This document shows positions 13,101-28,100 of a stretch of DNA of 64,000 nt, piece by piece. The position numbers were made by a program, and so were the translations under genes. Each line of letters opens with the position of its first letter. Positions within the stretch are counted from its first letter, which is position 1. The notes beneath the pieces were generated by a model. That model saw only the letters and a program-made list of their open reading frames with translations. It made no database searches and was not told where the DNA came from. The stretch is from Eledone cirrhosa (lineage: Eukaryota), in NCBI GenBank assembly GCA_964016885.1, contig OZ024749.1, positions 10,478,001-10,542,000 of the forward strand. The letters are read 5' to 3'.

Positions 13101-16100
13101 GTAAGTTTGGTCATGTGACCGTGTCTTGTTCGTATAGGACTGTTTCAGGCTAGTTTTCTACAGCTGGATGCCCTTCTTAAATCCAACCACAATTACAGTG
13201 TGGACTGGGTGCTTTTTGTCATGACACCTACATGACCACTTTACAGTGTGGGCTGGATGTTTTGTGGTACATAATTTTACAGAGTAACTTTTTTTTAACC
13301 TTTAACATACTGTTGGCAACAATAGAGTAATCTCCCCTTAATACATAATACAGTGTCACAGGAAGAAATTCATAAAACAATTCAGCGTGCTAAAGGTTAA
13401 TTTATACAGTGAACCAATTCTGTGTAACATCAACGTCTAGATGGAGTTATGGTTGGAGGGTGAAGGATAGAAGAACACAATCCTCATTTTATGACTGCTT
13501 GCCACACTGATATGGAGGAACCCATTTCAGCCGCTGCTATTTGTGATCATATTCTTTTGGTCATTACTCAAGAATTATGACCATAGGTGTAAACACTGAG
13601 TGCTGAAGCTGGCGTATTACTGCACCAGCTCCTGCAATGCTTGCATTTAATTCAGCCTCCTGCTCTCTATCATTAGTGAAAACTGCCCCAAGATACTTGA
13701 AATGGTTAAATTTAAATAGTAAAATAATTTAAAAGAAGCAAACGCTGAAAAGTCTAACAACTCACCTTAGTTCCAACACCAATTCCACTTCTGATTAATT
13801 CAATGAGACGTGGCACCAGCTCTGGTAGGACAGAATCATCAACATATTGGACACACTGGAAGAGGAAAAAGGTAATTAAACATTTGTTTACAACAACTTA
13901 GATGTTTGCTGTTGGATTCATCATAGACCAACCTTTAGATTTATCAACATAGGCCTAGTGGTTAGACAGTTGGCCTCACAATTGTGAGGTTGTGCATAGG
14001 ACTGGGCAGTGCATTGTGTCCTTGAGAAAGACACTTTATTTCACAATACTATAATTCATTCACTCAACTGGAAAAAATCAGTTGTGATATCACTGGTGTC
14101 AAGCTGTATTGGCCTTTGCTTTTTCTTTGTGCCCATATAGTGTATATATGAAATGTATATGGTGTATACATAGTGTATATATATATAGTGTGTCAGTATA
14201 TATATATATATATTCATAGAATAATGAGAAAAATTCAATGCAAGAAAAGCTGTTAAAACAGCAAATTGTTGTCGATGACAGCATCTGGTAAAATTTACCT
14301 CAAATGACAAAAGTCATACATTTACAAATTGATCAAGGTCACAAGACAATGTGTCAAGGAAGGCCAAGATGTTCTTGGGGAGAAATGCATTCTTAAAGAC
14401 AATGGATCACTTTCCCTCACCGATGCCGAACAGAAAGCTGCTTGGAAATGCCACTACATGAGGCTGATGAACAAGGAGAATGCTTGGGAGGTAAACAGCC
14501 TGCCCTCAAACGCACCCAACAGAAGGCCCAGCTGTACACGTAAGGAGCAACCTAGTAAGTAAGGCAATTAAGAAGATGAAGGTGGGTAAAACAGCCAGGC
14601 CATCAGGAATAGTTGCCGAGATATTGAAAGCATCTGGGTCAGTTGGGCACACCATAATCCCTCTCATTGTAAACAAAGTAATACAGAATGGTGTCATTCC
14701 CAGTGATTGAATAGTAGCATCATCGTCAACTGCTACAAGGGTAAAGGAGATGCTCTAGAGAGAAGTAACTACAGAGGCATAAAGCTGACTGACCAGGTCA
14801 TGAAAGTTACAGAAAGAGTGGTCACACAACTAATTAAAGATCATATACTCCTAGATGAAATGCAGTTTAGATTTGTGCCGAGTAAAAGCACCTTCGAGGC
14901 CCTCTTTGTTGTGAGGTAAATGCAAGAGAAGTACTTTGCTAAAAACAAGCTACTCTACCTAGCACTCGTGGACCCAGAGAAAGCTTTTGACAGAGTCCCT
15001 TGACCCATAATAAGGTGGGCCCACAGAAAACAAGGCATAGATGAGTGGCTCGTGAGAGCAGTATAGAGGGGGCCACCAGCAAAGTTAAAATCAACAATGA
15101 ATACAGGGAAGAATTAAGTGTGCTAGTGGGGTTTCACTAGGGTTTCATCTTTAGACCCCTTCTCTTCATTATTGTCCTACAGGCTATAACAGAGGAATTT
15201 AAGACTGGTTGCCCGTGGGAACTACTATATGCTGATGACCTGACCTTCTTAGCCAAGTCTTTGACAGAATTAGAGAATAAGTTTCAGACATGGAGGCACA
15301 ACTTGGAAACTAAAGGCCTCAAAGTCAATCTGTCCCAGACCAAAATCCTTGTGAGCAGTAGAGGAAAAAGAGCACTGGTATCCTCCAGGAAATGGCCCTG
15401 CTTGGTATGCAGGAAAGGGGTAGGTAGAAACTCTATCCAGTGCACCAAATGCAGACAATGGGTACACAAGAGATGTAGTGGGAAAACAAGGCTGGCTGGC
15501 AAAAGACACGGACTTCATATGTGACCCCTGCACAGGGGTCACAGGCAAAGACCTTCAGATAGCATGCCCCTTCAAATACACAGATGACCCCATAGAAATA
15601 GTTGATAGCTTCTGCTATCTGGGGGACCAAATCAGCTGTGGAGGTGGCTGTGCAGAAAGCACAGTTGCAAGAGTAAGTACAGGGTGGAAAAAGTTCAGGG
15701 AGCTGCTGCTACTGCTAACTACAAGGGGTCTCTCACGCCTGCGTGCGTCATACAGCTATGTCATGAAATGATGAAAATTTAATGGTCTAAAAAACAATAC
15801 TTACAGCATTAAGAGTTTCCATCATGGGAGATGACTTCGAAGCAGCAATACGAGCCATATCCAGCTATAAATAAATTAAATAATGGAACAAATTATATTT
15901 GTATCAACATAGCAATATAAATGTTGGTGAAATTGGCAGACAGAAACATTACAAAGCCCATCATCTGATAAAACAATGTAGTTGACCTGAGAGGGGTTGG
16001 TAATTTTGGAGAGCCAAAACAAATACCATAAGGTATATTATCCCACATTATAACAATTCTGCCACCACCAATGCCTACATGAAACAAGGTGTGAGTCACA

Positions 16101-19100
16101 TTGTTTTTTTTTATTTTTATCTTTATCTTAACCCTTCAGCATTTACATTACTCTAAATTTACTATTTACTATTGTATTTTCGTAGCAAAAACTTTATCTC
16201 ACATAATTATCTCAATATCGAAACTACAAGATTTCGATATTATTTATTTTGAGAACAATACCTTAACATAAACATGAGCAGCTGGTTACAGCCAGTTTCA
16301 ACAGAAAGAAGTGAGAGAATTCTGGCCGGATACAGCCGGTTTAAATGTTAACCCTTTAGCATTCACATTACTCGATATATACTATTATATTTTCATGGTA
16401 AAGGCTTTACCTCACATAATATCTCACATGATATCGAATCTATGAGATTTTGAAAGTATTTATTTTGAGAACAATACCTTAACATCAGTTTGAGTGACCA
16501 GTTACAGCCAGTTTCAACAGAAAAAGGTAGAGAATTCTGGCCAGTTTTGGCCTGTTTGAGGGTTAAAGGGTTAATTAAGAAGAGATGAAATGTTGCTACA
16601 ACTTACTTTCTCCTGTGTCGCTTGACTGCCAGCTTCAGCTTTAACAGCCAGGTAATTCATCACCTGAGGTTCCAGACCACTTACAGCTTCAAGTAGAACA
16701 ATACTCAACACTGGAATATGAGGCTTTATAAGCTTACCAGCACTTTTGCTGATTTTCAGGATAGTTGTTAGTCTGGAAATAGAAGAAAACACAACTGATT
16801 AAAATATCTTGTGACATCATCATCATAATCACTGCCATCACCACAACTACCACCATCAACACCATCACCCTTACCACAATCACTGCCATCATCACTACTA
16901 CTACCACTACTATTACCACCACCACCATCATGACCACTACTACCACTATCATCATCACAATCATTGCCATCATCGCCACTATTGTTACCATCATCATCAC
17001 AACCACTGCCAACACCACCACCACCATCATCATGATAGGGTGACCATTTCTTGCTCATACAATCCATGTTTTAGCTTCGTTTTCTTTGGCTGGATGCTTT
17101 TCATTATGGCACACTCACACCACTTTACAGGGTGGACTGGGTGCTGTTTAGTGTAACACCAGTATGACCACTTTACAGGGTGGACTGGGTGATGTTTAGT
17201 GTAACACCAGTATGACCACTTTACAGGGTGGACTGGGTGCCAGTATGACCACATATCATAAAATCAAAATATAATATGAAAAATTAAAAACAAATTGAAC
17301 ACTGGGTGTTGGAACCAACGGAGGCCTAACACAGATTTTCAATTGAAAACATTTTATTTTTCCATCAAGCTACGAGGGTCAACTGAAAAGTTCATAGGCT
17401 GAGCAAGATACTCTCATGGAATGTGACCAAATGAGGTTTATTTTTGCAGTCCATACACTTCTTCCATTAGTGTTGCAGTGCTTGGATCCCATTGGTGAAG
17501 CAGCCTTCATCCTGTTGGTAAAAAAAGTCATCAATAGCAGATATGACGTTATCATCTCTGTGATACTGGTTCCCAACCAAGTGTTTTTTTATGTTGGGGA
17601 ACAAATGATAGTCAGATGGGGTCAAATGAGGAGAATAGGGAGGGTGATCAACCAGTTCTAAGCCACAGTCTCACACAGCAACCACTGAAACCAAAGACTA
17701 TGCTGGAGCATTGTCCTGATGAAACAAGACCCCCTTTCATCAGTTTTCCTGGGTGTTTGGTCTTGGTAGCCTTTCATAACTGCCTCAGCAAGTTGACATA
17801 GTATTCTCCATTGATGGTGTGGCCCTTTTGAAGATAGTCAATAAACACAATGCTTTTTGCATCCCCAAAAACTGAGGGTATCACCTTCCCTGCAGATGAA
17901 ATGACCTTGGCATTCTTTGGAGCAGGTGAGGAGGGGGTGCTTCCACTGCCTGGATTGTCTCTTTGTCTCTGGCGCAAAGTGATGAACCCAACACTCATCC
18001 TGGATTAGGAAACATTTAAGAAAACCAGCTAGATCTGCCTCAAACAATGTCAGGTTATCCTGCAATGTGATCAACCTGGTGCACTTTTAATCAGGTGTCA
18101 GAAGCCAGGACACCCACCAAGCAAAGACCTTTGTCATGCCAAGTTCATTGTGCAGAATATTATCAACTCTCTCATGGGATATGTTAATAGCATTGGTTAT
18201 TTGATTTGTAGTCAATTGCCTGTCATCCATCACCATATGGTGAACATGATCAATGTTTTCCTCTGTGGGGGAAGTTGCAGGATGTTCAAACCATGGGTCA
18301 ACTTCAAGACTCTCCCTTCCCCTTTTAAATTCAGCTCCCACTTTTGCACTGTTGATAAAGCTGGAGCATCATCCTCTAATGTAGCAACCTTGTCAGCATG
18401 AATGTCCTTGGGGTTAAACCCTTTTTCTGTAGGTACTTGATAACACCACGATACTAAATTTTGCCCATTTTCAAGAGAAGTCACTACTAGTTACTTCTTT
18501 GAACAGTTAGATGTCCGTTTACCTGGAAAGAAACAATGCAGTTATTTTTATAAGAGTTGAAATTAATGCATGTAAGATTTCACAGCATTAGCACTACTCC
18601 TTCATAGTCAGTCTATGAACTTTTTAGTCAACCCTCATAGATATTTGAAGAGGAATAAATCATTACACACCCAATAGTCTGTACCTCTTCAACACGGCTC
18701 TGAAGGCAGTTCTTTAGTAAACATGGAAGAACAAGGCTAATAGCTTCTTCTCCTACTTTATTGTTGCTTAAGTCACAGTTCTTTATAGTTTCCTGAAATA
18801 AAATAAAATAATATATTTAATTTAAGACCAACAAAATTATATCCTCTAATAAAACCTTATGAATTATCCAAGTGCTGGGAGCATTGGAAATTTGAAAATA
18901 TGGGAGCCTCAACTGCAGAAAATATGATGATGAATTATTATAAACATAAATTATTTCTATAATAAAACAAGTCTATATATCTTCGTAAAAACCAAGATAT
19001 AATATGGAAATTTTTAATACAATCACCATCATCATCACTTTTACATCTGCTCCTCCATGTTGGTATGGGTTGGACAAGATTTTTTTAAGGCAGTTTCTCT

Positions 19101-22100
19101 ATGGCTGGATGCCCTTCCTGGTGCCAACTTATATTTGGAGCCTTGACACTGCTAGTTTCCCTATCACAAACGGAGTGTGTTAGCTCTCACTGTGGTGATG
19201 GTTAAGTGCCCAGACGGGATAAACCTGTTCCTGTTTGAGGGAGGTAAATCTCTGGGATGACGTGTTGCAACACATTCTCCACCTCAAACCTTGTTGCTTT
19301 TGTCATAAACCCAGATATTGGTGCCTGTAACATAGAAGAGAGCTAGATAACCAAATACCATAGCTTGGCTGGTAACTTCCTTTTCACTGGACAGCCACAG
19401 AGCAGAGCTAGATAACCAAATACCATAGCTTGGCTGGTAACTTCCTTTTCACTGGACAGCCACAGAGCAGAGCAAGATAACCAAATACCAGAGCTTGACC
19501 AAGAATTTCCTTTTCCTACCAGTTACTGTTGAGATATCTAGTGTCCTCGATCATTGGATAGCCACAGAAGATAGACAGAAAGAAATATATACTGTTATGA
19601 CAAAGATCCTTAAAAAACTAGGTATCATCATCATCATCATTTTACATTCGCTTTTCCCTGCTTGCAAGGGTGGGACGGGAACTGATTCTGGCTTGATTTC
19701 TACAGCTGGATGCTCTTCCTAACACCAACCTCATTTACAGTGAGTGCTGGGTGTTTTTTTTTTGCAGTGGCACCTCCACGACCACTTTGCAGTGGAATGA
19801 TAGGGACCCCAGTCCCTATCATCTCATTTCTACAGCTGAGTAAACTGGAGCAATGTGAAATAAAGTGTCTTGCTCAAGGAAACAACACATCACCCGGTCT
19901 GAGAATGAACTCACAACCTTTCGATTGCAAAGCCAATGCTCTAACCACTAAGCCATCTAATTGTTTATATTGGTTGTGAGGAATGCAGAGGACATGCAAA
20001 GCTGGAGAGATATGAATTGAGCATGCTCTGATGGCTGTGCTTGCAGGAATGACTAAGCATGGATTAGCTGAGAGAAAAGTTGGATGTAAGAGGAATCAAA
20101 TGTAGTGTAGAGGGAAGAAAACAGCGCTGGTATGGTTGTGTAATGTGTAATGATGGTGATTGTTGAGTGAAGAAGTGCCAAGAATGCAAGTGGAAAGGAA
20201 CAGTAGTACAGAGAGACCAAGGAAGACGAGGGCAGAGGTTGTCAGAGCTGATGTCAACCAGTGGACAGATTCTTGCTGGAAAAGACAAGCCTAACCCATT
20301 CCAGCATGGATAAGCAGGTGTAGAAGAATGCTGATGATGATGACACAGTAGTTCATTTAAAACATACCTTGCTCAGTGTTTTACAAGCTTGGTGGGCAGC
20401 AATACGTACAGATTCCTGAAAGCAAGTAAAGAAATATTACAGCTACAACTTGACTTTAAAAGTGGTGCTAAGTAACTCTCAAACTTTGGAAATAGGTATC
20501 AATTAGAGAATCCTGTTTTATTAAATTTGTTAAAATAATTAAACTAAAAAGTAGCTAATACATTTAAAATAAGCTGTGAAATTAACTTACAGTAGTAAGA
20601 ATGATTCTTTAATTATCATTACAAGAATGCTGTGTGGCATGATAAAATATTTTAGTTCCATAATAGTACTTTTAATGCCATTTGTGCTGTATATTGCACA
20701 CTTTTTGTATTTTTTTGCCATTTGTGTTGTATATTGCACAATTTTTGTATTTTTTCTACCATGCAAGAAATTGCATTGACAATCACAAAGTGGGGAAGAC
20801 ATGAACCCACAATAGATTCAAAGGGAGAATATAATTCCAAAATGGAGGAAACTGCTGTATAAATATCAATAGAATAAAGTTAAGAGTCACAGTCGTTGTA
20901 AACTCAAAAAAGGTGGGCTCAAACATCACTTCCCCCCCAATGATATGGGACCAGGATGGTGTGAAGAAGCATAGCCCAGGCACTGGCCACCTTGTGGTCA
21001 CACCCAGCAGAGGACAGGATGGAGAAGAAGGTTGTCCTGGAGAATGGTGATGATTTGGAATAGCCATTCCAACAGATGGGACTCACTCCAGTGGGTGGCC
21101 TTACTCTGCCTTGATAGCAGTAAGTAGAGAGGTGGTACAGCGACCAACAGCACCAGACATCTCCACTGCTACAGGCTTGACGACAAGCTGATACTTCAAC
21201 AGCCTGTGATCCTCTGCTTGGTGGACTGCAAAGAGTGGGCCTGCCACCATATACACCAGCTTGCCACTAGAGGTTTCAACCCTAAATAAAACCAATAATC
21301 TTACCTTAATATCATCATGTACTTGAAGGCAGGTCTCCCACAGAAGAGGCAACTTATCAATAATGGTATTTAATTGACGGCCTTGTAGTAAATTACTCAC
21401 TGCATAACAACTGTAAAACAAACGAGTTAGTATGTTAGAGATATTACAACACACAATACATTTCTGGGAGAAAAGGGAATATTTACATTTCTCTGCTTTC
21501 AAATAATTCTACTGCCTGACATGTCTTATACTGTGCTTGCAGACTATTTTTTGGAAACAAAAACTTTGTAATAGAATATCTTCAACAGGCCAAATACTTT
21601 GCATCACCAATTTTGGACTTATTTCAGAAAACAAGCAAGGATTAGGGTTTTGATTACCCTTTTATACAGATTATTGCCCAATCTTGTATTCAAAGAAGGT
21701 GTATTAAACCAACTTTTTGATGTTTTGATTTTGTGAGTAAAATACTTTCGAAGTGAATGTACTTCGAAAGTATCTGATTTCAAATAAATGTGTTTGAAGA
21801 TTTGTATTCGAAGAAATGTTTTCAAAGATAAGTCCGTAAATCCTTCCACTGTGGCATCAGGCTGACCAATACTTTGTGTCACACCATAGACATGTGTCTT
21901 CCACTGTGGCATCAGGCTGACCAATACTTTGTGTCACACCATAGACATGTGTCTTCCACTGTGGCCTCAGGCTGACCAATACTTTGTGTCACACCATAGA
22001 CATGTGTCTTCCACTGTGGCCTCAGGCTGACCAATACTTTGTGTCACACCATAGACATGTGTCTTCCACTGTGGCATCAGGCTGACCAATACCTTGTGTC

Positions 22101-25100
22101 ACACCATAGACATGTGTCTTCCACTGTGGCCTCAGGCTGACTAATACCTTGTGTCACACCATAGACATGTGTATTCCACTGTGGCCTCAGGCTGACCAAT
22201 AACTTGTGTCACACCATAGACATGTGTCTTCCACTGTGGCCTCAGGCTGACCAATACCTTGTGTCACACCATAGACATGTCTTCCACTGTGGCATCAGGC
22301 TGACCAATATTTTGTGTCACACCATAGACATGTGTCTTCCACTGTGGCATCAGGCTGACCAATACCTTGTGTCACACCATGTGTCTTCCACTGTGGCATC
22401 AGGCTGACCAATACCTTGTGTCACACCATAGACATGTGTCTTCCAGTGGCCTCAGGCTGACCAATACCTTGTGTCACACCATAGACATGTGTCTTCCAGT
22501 GGCCTCAGGCTGACCAATACTTTGTGTCACACCATAGACATGTCTTCCACTGTGGCATCAGGCTGACCAATACTTTGTGTCACACCATAGACATGTGTCT
22601 TCCACTGTGGCCTCAGGCTGACCAATACCTTGTGTCACACCATAGACATGTGTCTTCCACTGTGGCCTCAGGCTGACCAATACCTTGTGTCACACCATAG
22701 ACATGTGTCTTCCACTGTGGCATCAGGCAACGAAAGGGTTAAAATGTACATTTATTGACTGAATAAACAATAAAGAAGACTACAAATACTGTTCTACTAC
22801 CACATGTGGCATTAAGAGACTCATCAGATCAGGGAGCTAATCCTGGCCACATGTGGCATTTAAAGACTCATCAGACCAGAGCTAATCCTGGCCACATGTG
22901 GCATTAAGAGGCTCATCAGATCAGGGAGCTAATTCTTGTCACATGTGGCATTAAGAGACAGAGTACAAAACTTACTCCTGGATGGGATGCTAATCCATTG
23001 CAAAGTTAACTTCAGTTGCTGCTGGTACACAGACAGCTGGAATGAATACCACAAAGCATTCTATCTGACACTTTAACCACACCACGTATTTCATGAGAAA
23101 TATTGTAAGGAAAGGGTTAAGTAGGATTTAACTAAATACCATAACATATATTTAGTCTGAAAGTTGGCCTCAGTAGGATTGGAACTGAATGTGAAGAGAG
23201 CCAGAATGAATACTATAAAGCATTCTATCTGATGCTCTAACCACTGAGTCAAGTCATACAACTGATTTTTTATAAATTAAAAGTAAGAATCAACTTTGTT
23301 TACCTTGATTCCCGAACTCGCCATTCAGAAGCTGTAAGATTCTTCAACAGATCATTGACAATTGCATTTAGATAGAGATCAAGCTGTAAAATAAAGACAC
23401 TATCATCATCTAACTGGACATTGATATAATAATTGTTTTATTGTAGATACAGGCATGGCCATATGGTGAACAACAAATTCCTTCACAATCATAAGGACCT
23501 AGGTTCAATTTCATTGCCTGACATATTGGACAAATGTCATTTACCATAGCCATGAGTTGAACCATGTCATGTGATTGTAATTGGGTAGATGAAAACTGTG
23601 GATTATACCTGTAGTACACTGGGGCAGCCTTATCAGACACTATGCTATGCTGAATCTCCTGATTATAATTGGCTAGAACTGTTTGGAAACCCATTGTGAC
23701 GACTGTATCTGTAATTCAAAGGTCCAGCCATAACACATTGTGCCATGCCGATTTGGCTGAGGAATTATTTGTGGAATATTCAACGACCTACATACTAACC
23801 TTTACGAAGCCAACACACCCATCCAAGTTCTATTAAATAAAACCACCCACCTTAAAGAGACGGTTGAAATGTATACAAATGACAATTTTACTGGAACTGA
23901 TGTAAAGTGTGGCTTCTACCTCAGGACTCAATCTAAACTATAATAAAGTAAGAAGCGCGGGACTGCGTACGGTTTATAATTTTTTATCCCATTAGTAAAA
24001 TAATTTGGATTACTTTGAATAAATAATTGTTTCTACTTTAGGCACAAGGCCAGCAATTACCCAGTTCATTACTGGTACTTTATTTTATCGACCCCGTAAG
24101 GATGAAAGGCAAAGTCAACCTTACTTTGAATAAATAATGAATGAATATTACATAATTTATTACTAAATTTCGTGGCTGTTCATTAAATATATTTTATTAT
24201 TTATTTAAAGATTCACTTCTTTAAAATTTTCAAATGTCAACACTTCCGGTTAGCGATCACTTAAATATACATATTAATTTTCTGTCACTAATTTTCTCCT
24301 AATGCAGTTTATATATAATATCGTCTTTTTTTAATGGATTATGGATTACATTACTGATTACATAAGACAATGTAACACAGTCTTCGTTCAATTTCTGTGT
24401 ATATTGTCAATTATGATTTTATTTGACGTATCATATCTACATGTATATATACTTGTGTATAATATCAATATACACACTACACATGCTAGCAGAAAACCAC
24501 CCAAAGGGTGGTTTTTCTGCTAGTTGTCTTAATAATTGTTTCTACTTTTGGCACAAGGCCAGCAATTACCCAGTGTATTACTGGTACTTTATTTTATCGA
24601 CCCCATAAGGATGAAAGACAAAGTTAACCTCGGCGGGATTTGAACTCAGAATGGCAAGGGCCGTAACTCTATGCGTCAAAGCATGGCGTCCGACCCTCTA
24701 TCGATACTGGCGAGCCACAATGTTTTCTGATTTAGACACAAGGCCAACAATTTTGAAGGGGAGGGGAAAGTCGAATAAATTGACTACAGTGTATTACTGG
24801 TACTTTATTTCATCAATCCCGTAAGGATTAAAGGCTAGCTAACCTCAGCAGGATTTGAACTCAGAACATAAAAGGGCATAACTCTATGCTGCGAAGCAGG
24901 ATGTCTGACGCTCTACTGATACTGAGAAATCTCAAAACAATAAAAACAACACTGCACAGGGCCAAAGCACAAAGAGTTGTGCTCAGTAATGCAGTAACTA
25001 CCTCCTTATAATATATAACCAGCAATTTCTCTGTCTGTCTGTCCGACAGTGGAAACACGTGCGCGCGTGGTTGCTATCTCTCTCTCTCTCCAGCTATCCC

Positions 25101-28100
25101 TCTCTTTTAGTCTGTCTGTTTCTCTCACTCTCACTCTTTCTCTTTGTAACACACTAACATTCCTCCCCTCTATCGCTGTGACGAATGGGGAGATGGAGGA
25201 GGAGGAGAGAGTCACTTCACCTCTGCCTTTCTTTCTCTCCCCTCTCACTCCCTCATTACGTACAGACATTAGGGCGGTGGATTGGCAGAATCTGTAGAGA
25301 GTCGGAAACCATGCTTCATAGCATGGAGTTACGTCCCTTTACGGTCTGAGTTCAAATACCGCCGAGGTTAACTTTGCCTTTCATCCTCACGGGGTCGATA
25401 AAATAAAGTACCAGTAATGTACTGGATATTTGCTGACCTTGTGCCAAAAGTAGAAACAATTATTAGAAACATTGCTTCATTTTTACATATCTAAGCATTA
25501 GTAAAATAACTAATTTCAAAAGTAATTTTTCAATTCCAATTGTTATGAACAGCAAAACATTAATAATAATTTTGTTCTAAGAAATATATATACACACAGA
25601 AATATATATACATTTCTGTGTGTGTAATATATATATATACACACAGAAATATATATACATTTCTGTGTGTGTAATATATATATATATATACACACAGAAA
25701 TATATATACATTTCTGTGTGTGTAATATATATATATATATATATATATACATTTTATGTCCCAAATGCAAAGTATGGGTGCATAAAAGATGTAGTGGGAT
25801 CACAGGTAAGCTAACTAAGAACATAGATTTCACATGTGGCCGGTGCTCTGGTGCAATAAGTAGCAGAAAGTGCCCACAGAATACTAGCTCTTTCAATTGC
25901 GCAGAGGGTTCTATAGAAATAGTGGACAGCTTCCGTTACCTGGGTGACAAAATCAGCAGTGGGGGAGGGTGCTCTGAAAGTACAGTAGCTAGAGTCAGAA
26001 CTGGATGGAAAAAGTTCAGAGAGCTTATACCACTATTAGCCGCTAAAGGGTTCTCCCTAAAAATGAAAGGCAGATTGTATGATGCCTGCATACGAACAGC
26101 AATGTTGCATGGCAGTGAGACCTGGGCATTGTGTGCAGAGGATATACGCAGACTAGAGAGGAACGAAGCTTGCATGCTTCGCTGGATGTGTAATAGTAAT
26201 ATACATGAACGGCAAAGCATAAACGAACTAAGGAAAAAATTAGAAATAAGAGGGATCAGATGTTGTTTACTCGAGAGAAGGCTACGTTGGTATGGTCACG
26301 TGATGCGCATGAAAGACGACAGTTGTATAACAAAGTGCAGGGCAATAAAGATAGACAGTAGCCACGGAGTAGGCAGACCCAGAAAAACCTGGGACGAGCT
26401 GATAAATTCCGACCTCACACACTTACACCTCTCCAAGACAATGTCACTGGACCGAGACCTTTGGCGGTACTCAGTAATAGAGAAGACCCGCCTTACCTAA
26501 ATACAAAGTAAAACCTACTACAGTCAGTAGGCATCTCTAACAAAATACACCCCCGTCCCATCCACACCGCCCCTTTCAATGTAAAGTTATGTTGGTGCCA
26601 CAACATCCAGGCCGAAACAAATGGCCGTGTAGGCAACACGGTAAAAACCTCCCAGCCCCACACTGTAAATGTGGTTGGTGTTAGGAAGAGCATCCAGCTG
26701 TAAAAAAAACCGCCAGACAGTCCTATGCGAGCAAGACAATCACTCTTGCCTCAAGTGGGAAAACTCCCGTCCAAACCCATGCAAGCGTGGAACACGGACG
26801 TTAAACGATGATGATGATGATATATATAGACACACAGAAATATATATACATTTCTGTGTGTGTAATATATATATATATATACACACACACAGAAATATAT
26901 GGGCATTTCTCTGTTTGTCTGTCTGTCTGTCTGTCCTTCCCTAAAACTCAAATGTAGGTGCTACAGAAATATTACCTTCCCCTTCCTTTCTCCACTTTGG
27001 TACTACCAAGAGAAACACTGTCGCTATAGAAACATTACCTTCCCCTCTCCACTGACTTTGGTCACTGAAGCCAAGGGAATCGCTGGTTGCTATAGAGACA
27101 CCTTGCACAAGCCAGAAGTAACCAGTTCGAGGCGGTTCTGACTTGACACCATGCCAAGTCTACTTATAATATATAATGGGTATTTCTCTGTTTGTTTGTC
27201 TGTCTGTCCGTCTGTAAAAAATGCCAAGGAAACAAATAGATGCGGTTTCAAATCTCTATGCTTTTCAAATTCATTACATTAATCTTTATTTATACGTTTC
27301 GCTTTACGAGTGTTTCGACTTACGAGTGTTTCGGCTTATCATTATATATAAATGTTTCTATTTCCATCGTTTTATCGTAAACGTTTATATATTTCCATCG
27401 TTATATCATAACGTTTATGTATCATAACGTTTATATTTCCGTCACTAATCTCTTTTTCTCCTTTTTCGTTTTAACATATATTTATTTCAAAGATTTCACC
27501 GTATAGATAACATATATATTTATACATGCATAAAAGACACACCGAGAGACGGTGAACATGTGGTGCCGAAAACATTTCTCATCCAAATCTCAACAATATC
27601 AGTATATACACTAGATTTGCTAGCAGAAAACCGCCCATAGGGTGGTTTTCTGCTAGTCTATATATATAAAACTGAGGATGTCTGTGTGTGTGTCTGTGAG
27701 TTTGAATCCCTAAAACTCAAGAAGTACCTAACCGATTTTTTTCAAACTTTACATGTGTATTACTTATGTTTCAGGGAGTGTTATGCACATAAAAAAGTTC
27801 AACTTTTTGATCCCCTAGTGCCCATATTAGGTGAAAAACTGCGTTTTTTCAGCTTTTTACGGTTTTTTTAAGGCGTTACGCCAGACTGATTTCCTTGAAA
27901 TTGTAACTATGTATTAGTCAGTCTCTTCTTCATACTGTGAGCAAAGAAAATCCAACTTTTTTATGGCCTAGGGCCCGCATTAGGTGAAAAACTTCATTTT
28001 TTCAGCTTTTTAGGGCTTTTTTGAGGCGTTACGTCTAACCGATTTTCCCAAAATTTCAAGGCATATTATGCACATAAAAAAAATTCATTTTCTTGATCCC

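Noticed and set aside
14056-14103. Candidate ECM29 exon starting LDTSD after a cag
   Set aside because: It hits a stop and has no motif match; the true exon is 15805-15864 ([17 protein letters not shown]).
16734-17067. Poly-V/M and G/D-rich ORFs (also 60661-60932)
   Set aside because: These are trinucleotide-repeat translations.
19495-19722. ORF containing ECM29-like [18 protein letters not shown] as a separate gene
   Set aside because: Only 55 nt of duplicated exon, with no acceptor or wider homology; treated as a duplicated fragment.
21500-21840. Possible Penelope fragment (SWFNTPS)
   Set aside because: Only a short motif resemblance, with no further supporting residues in frame.
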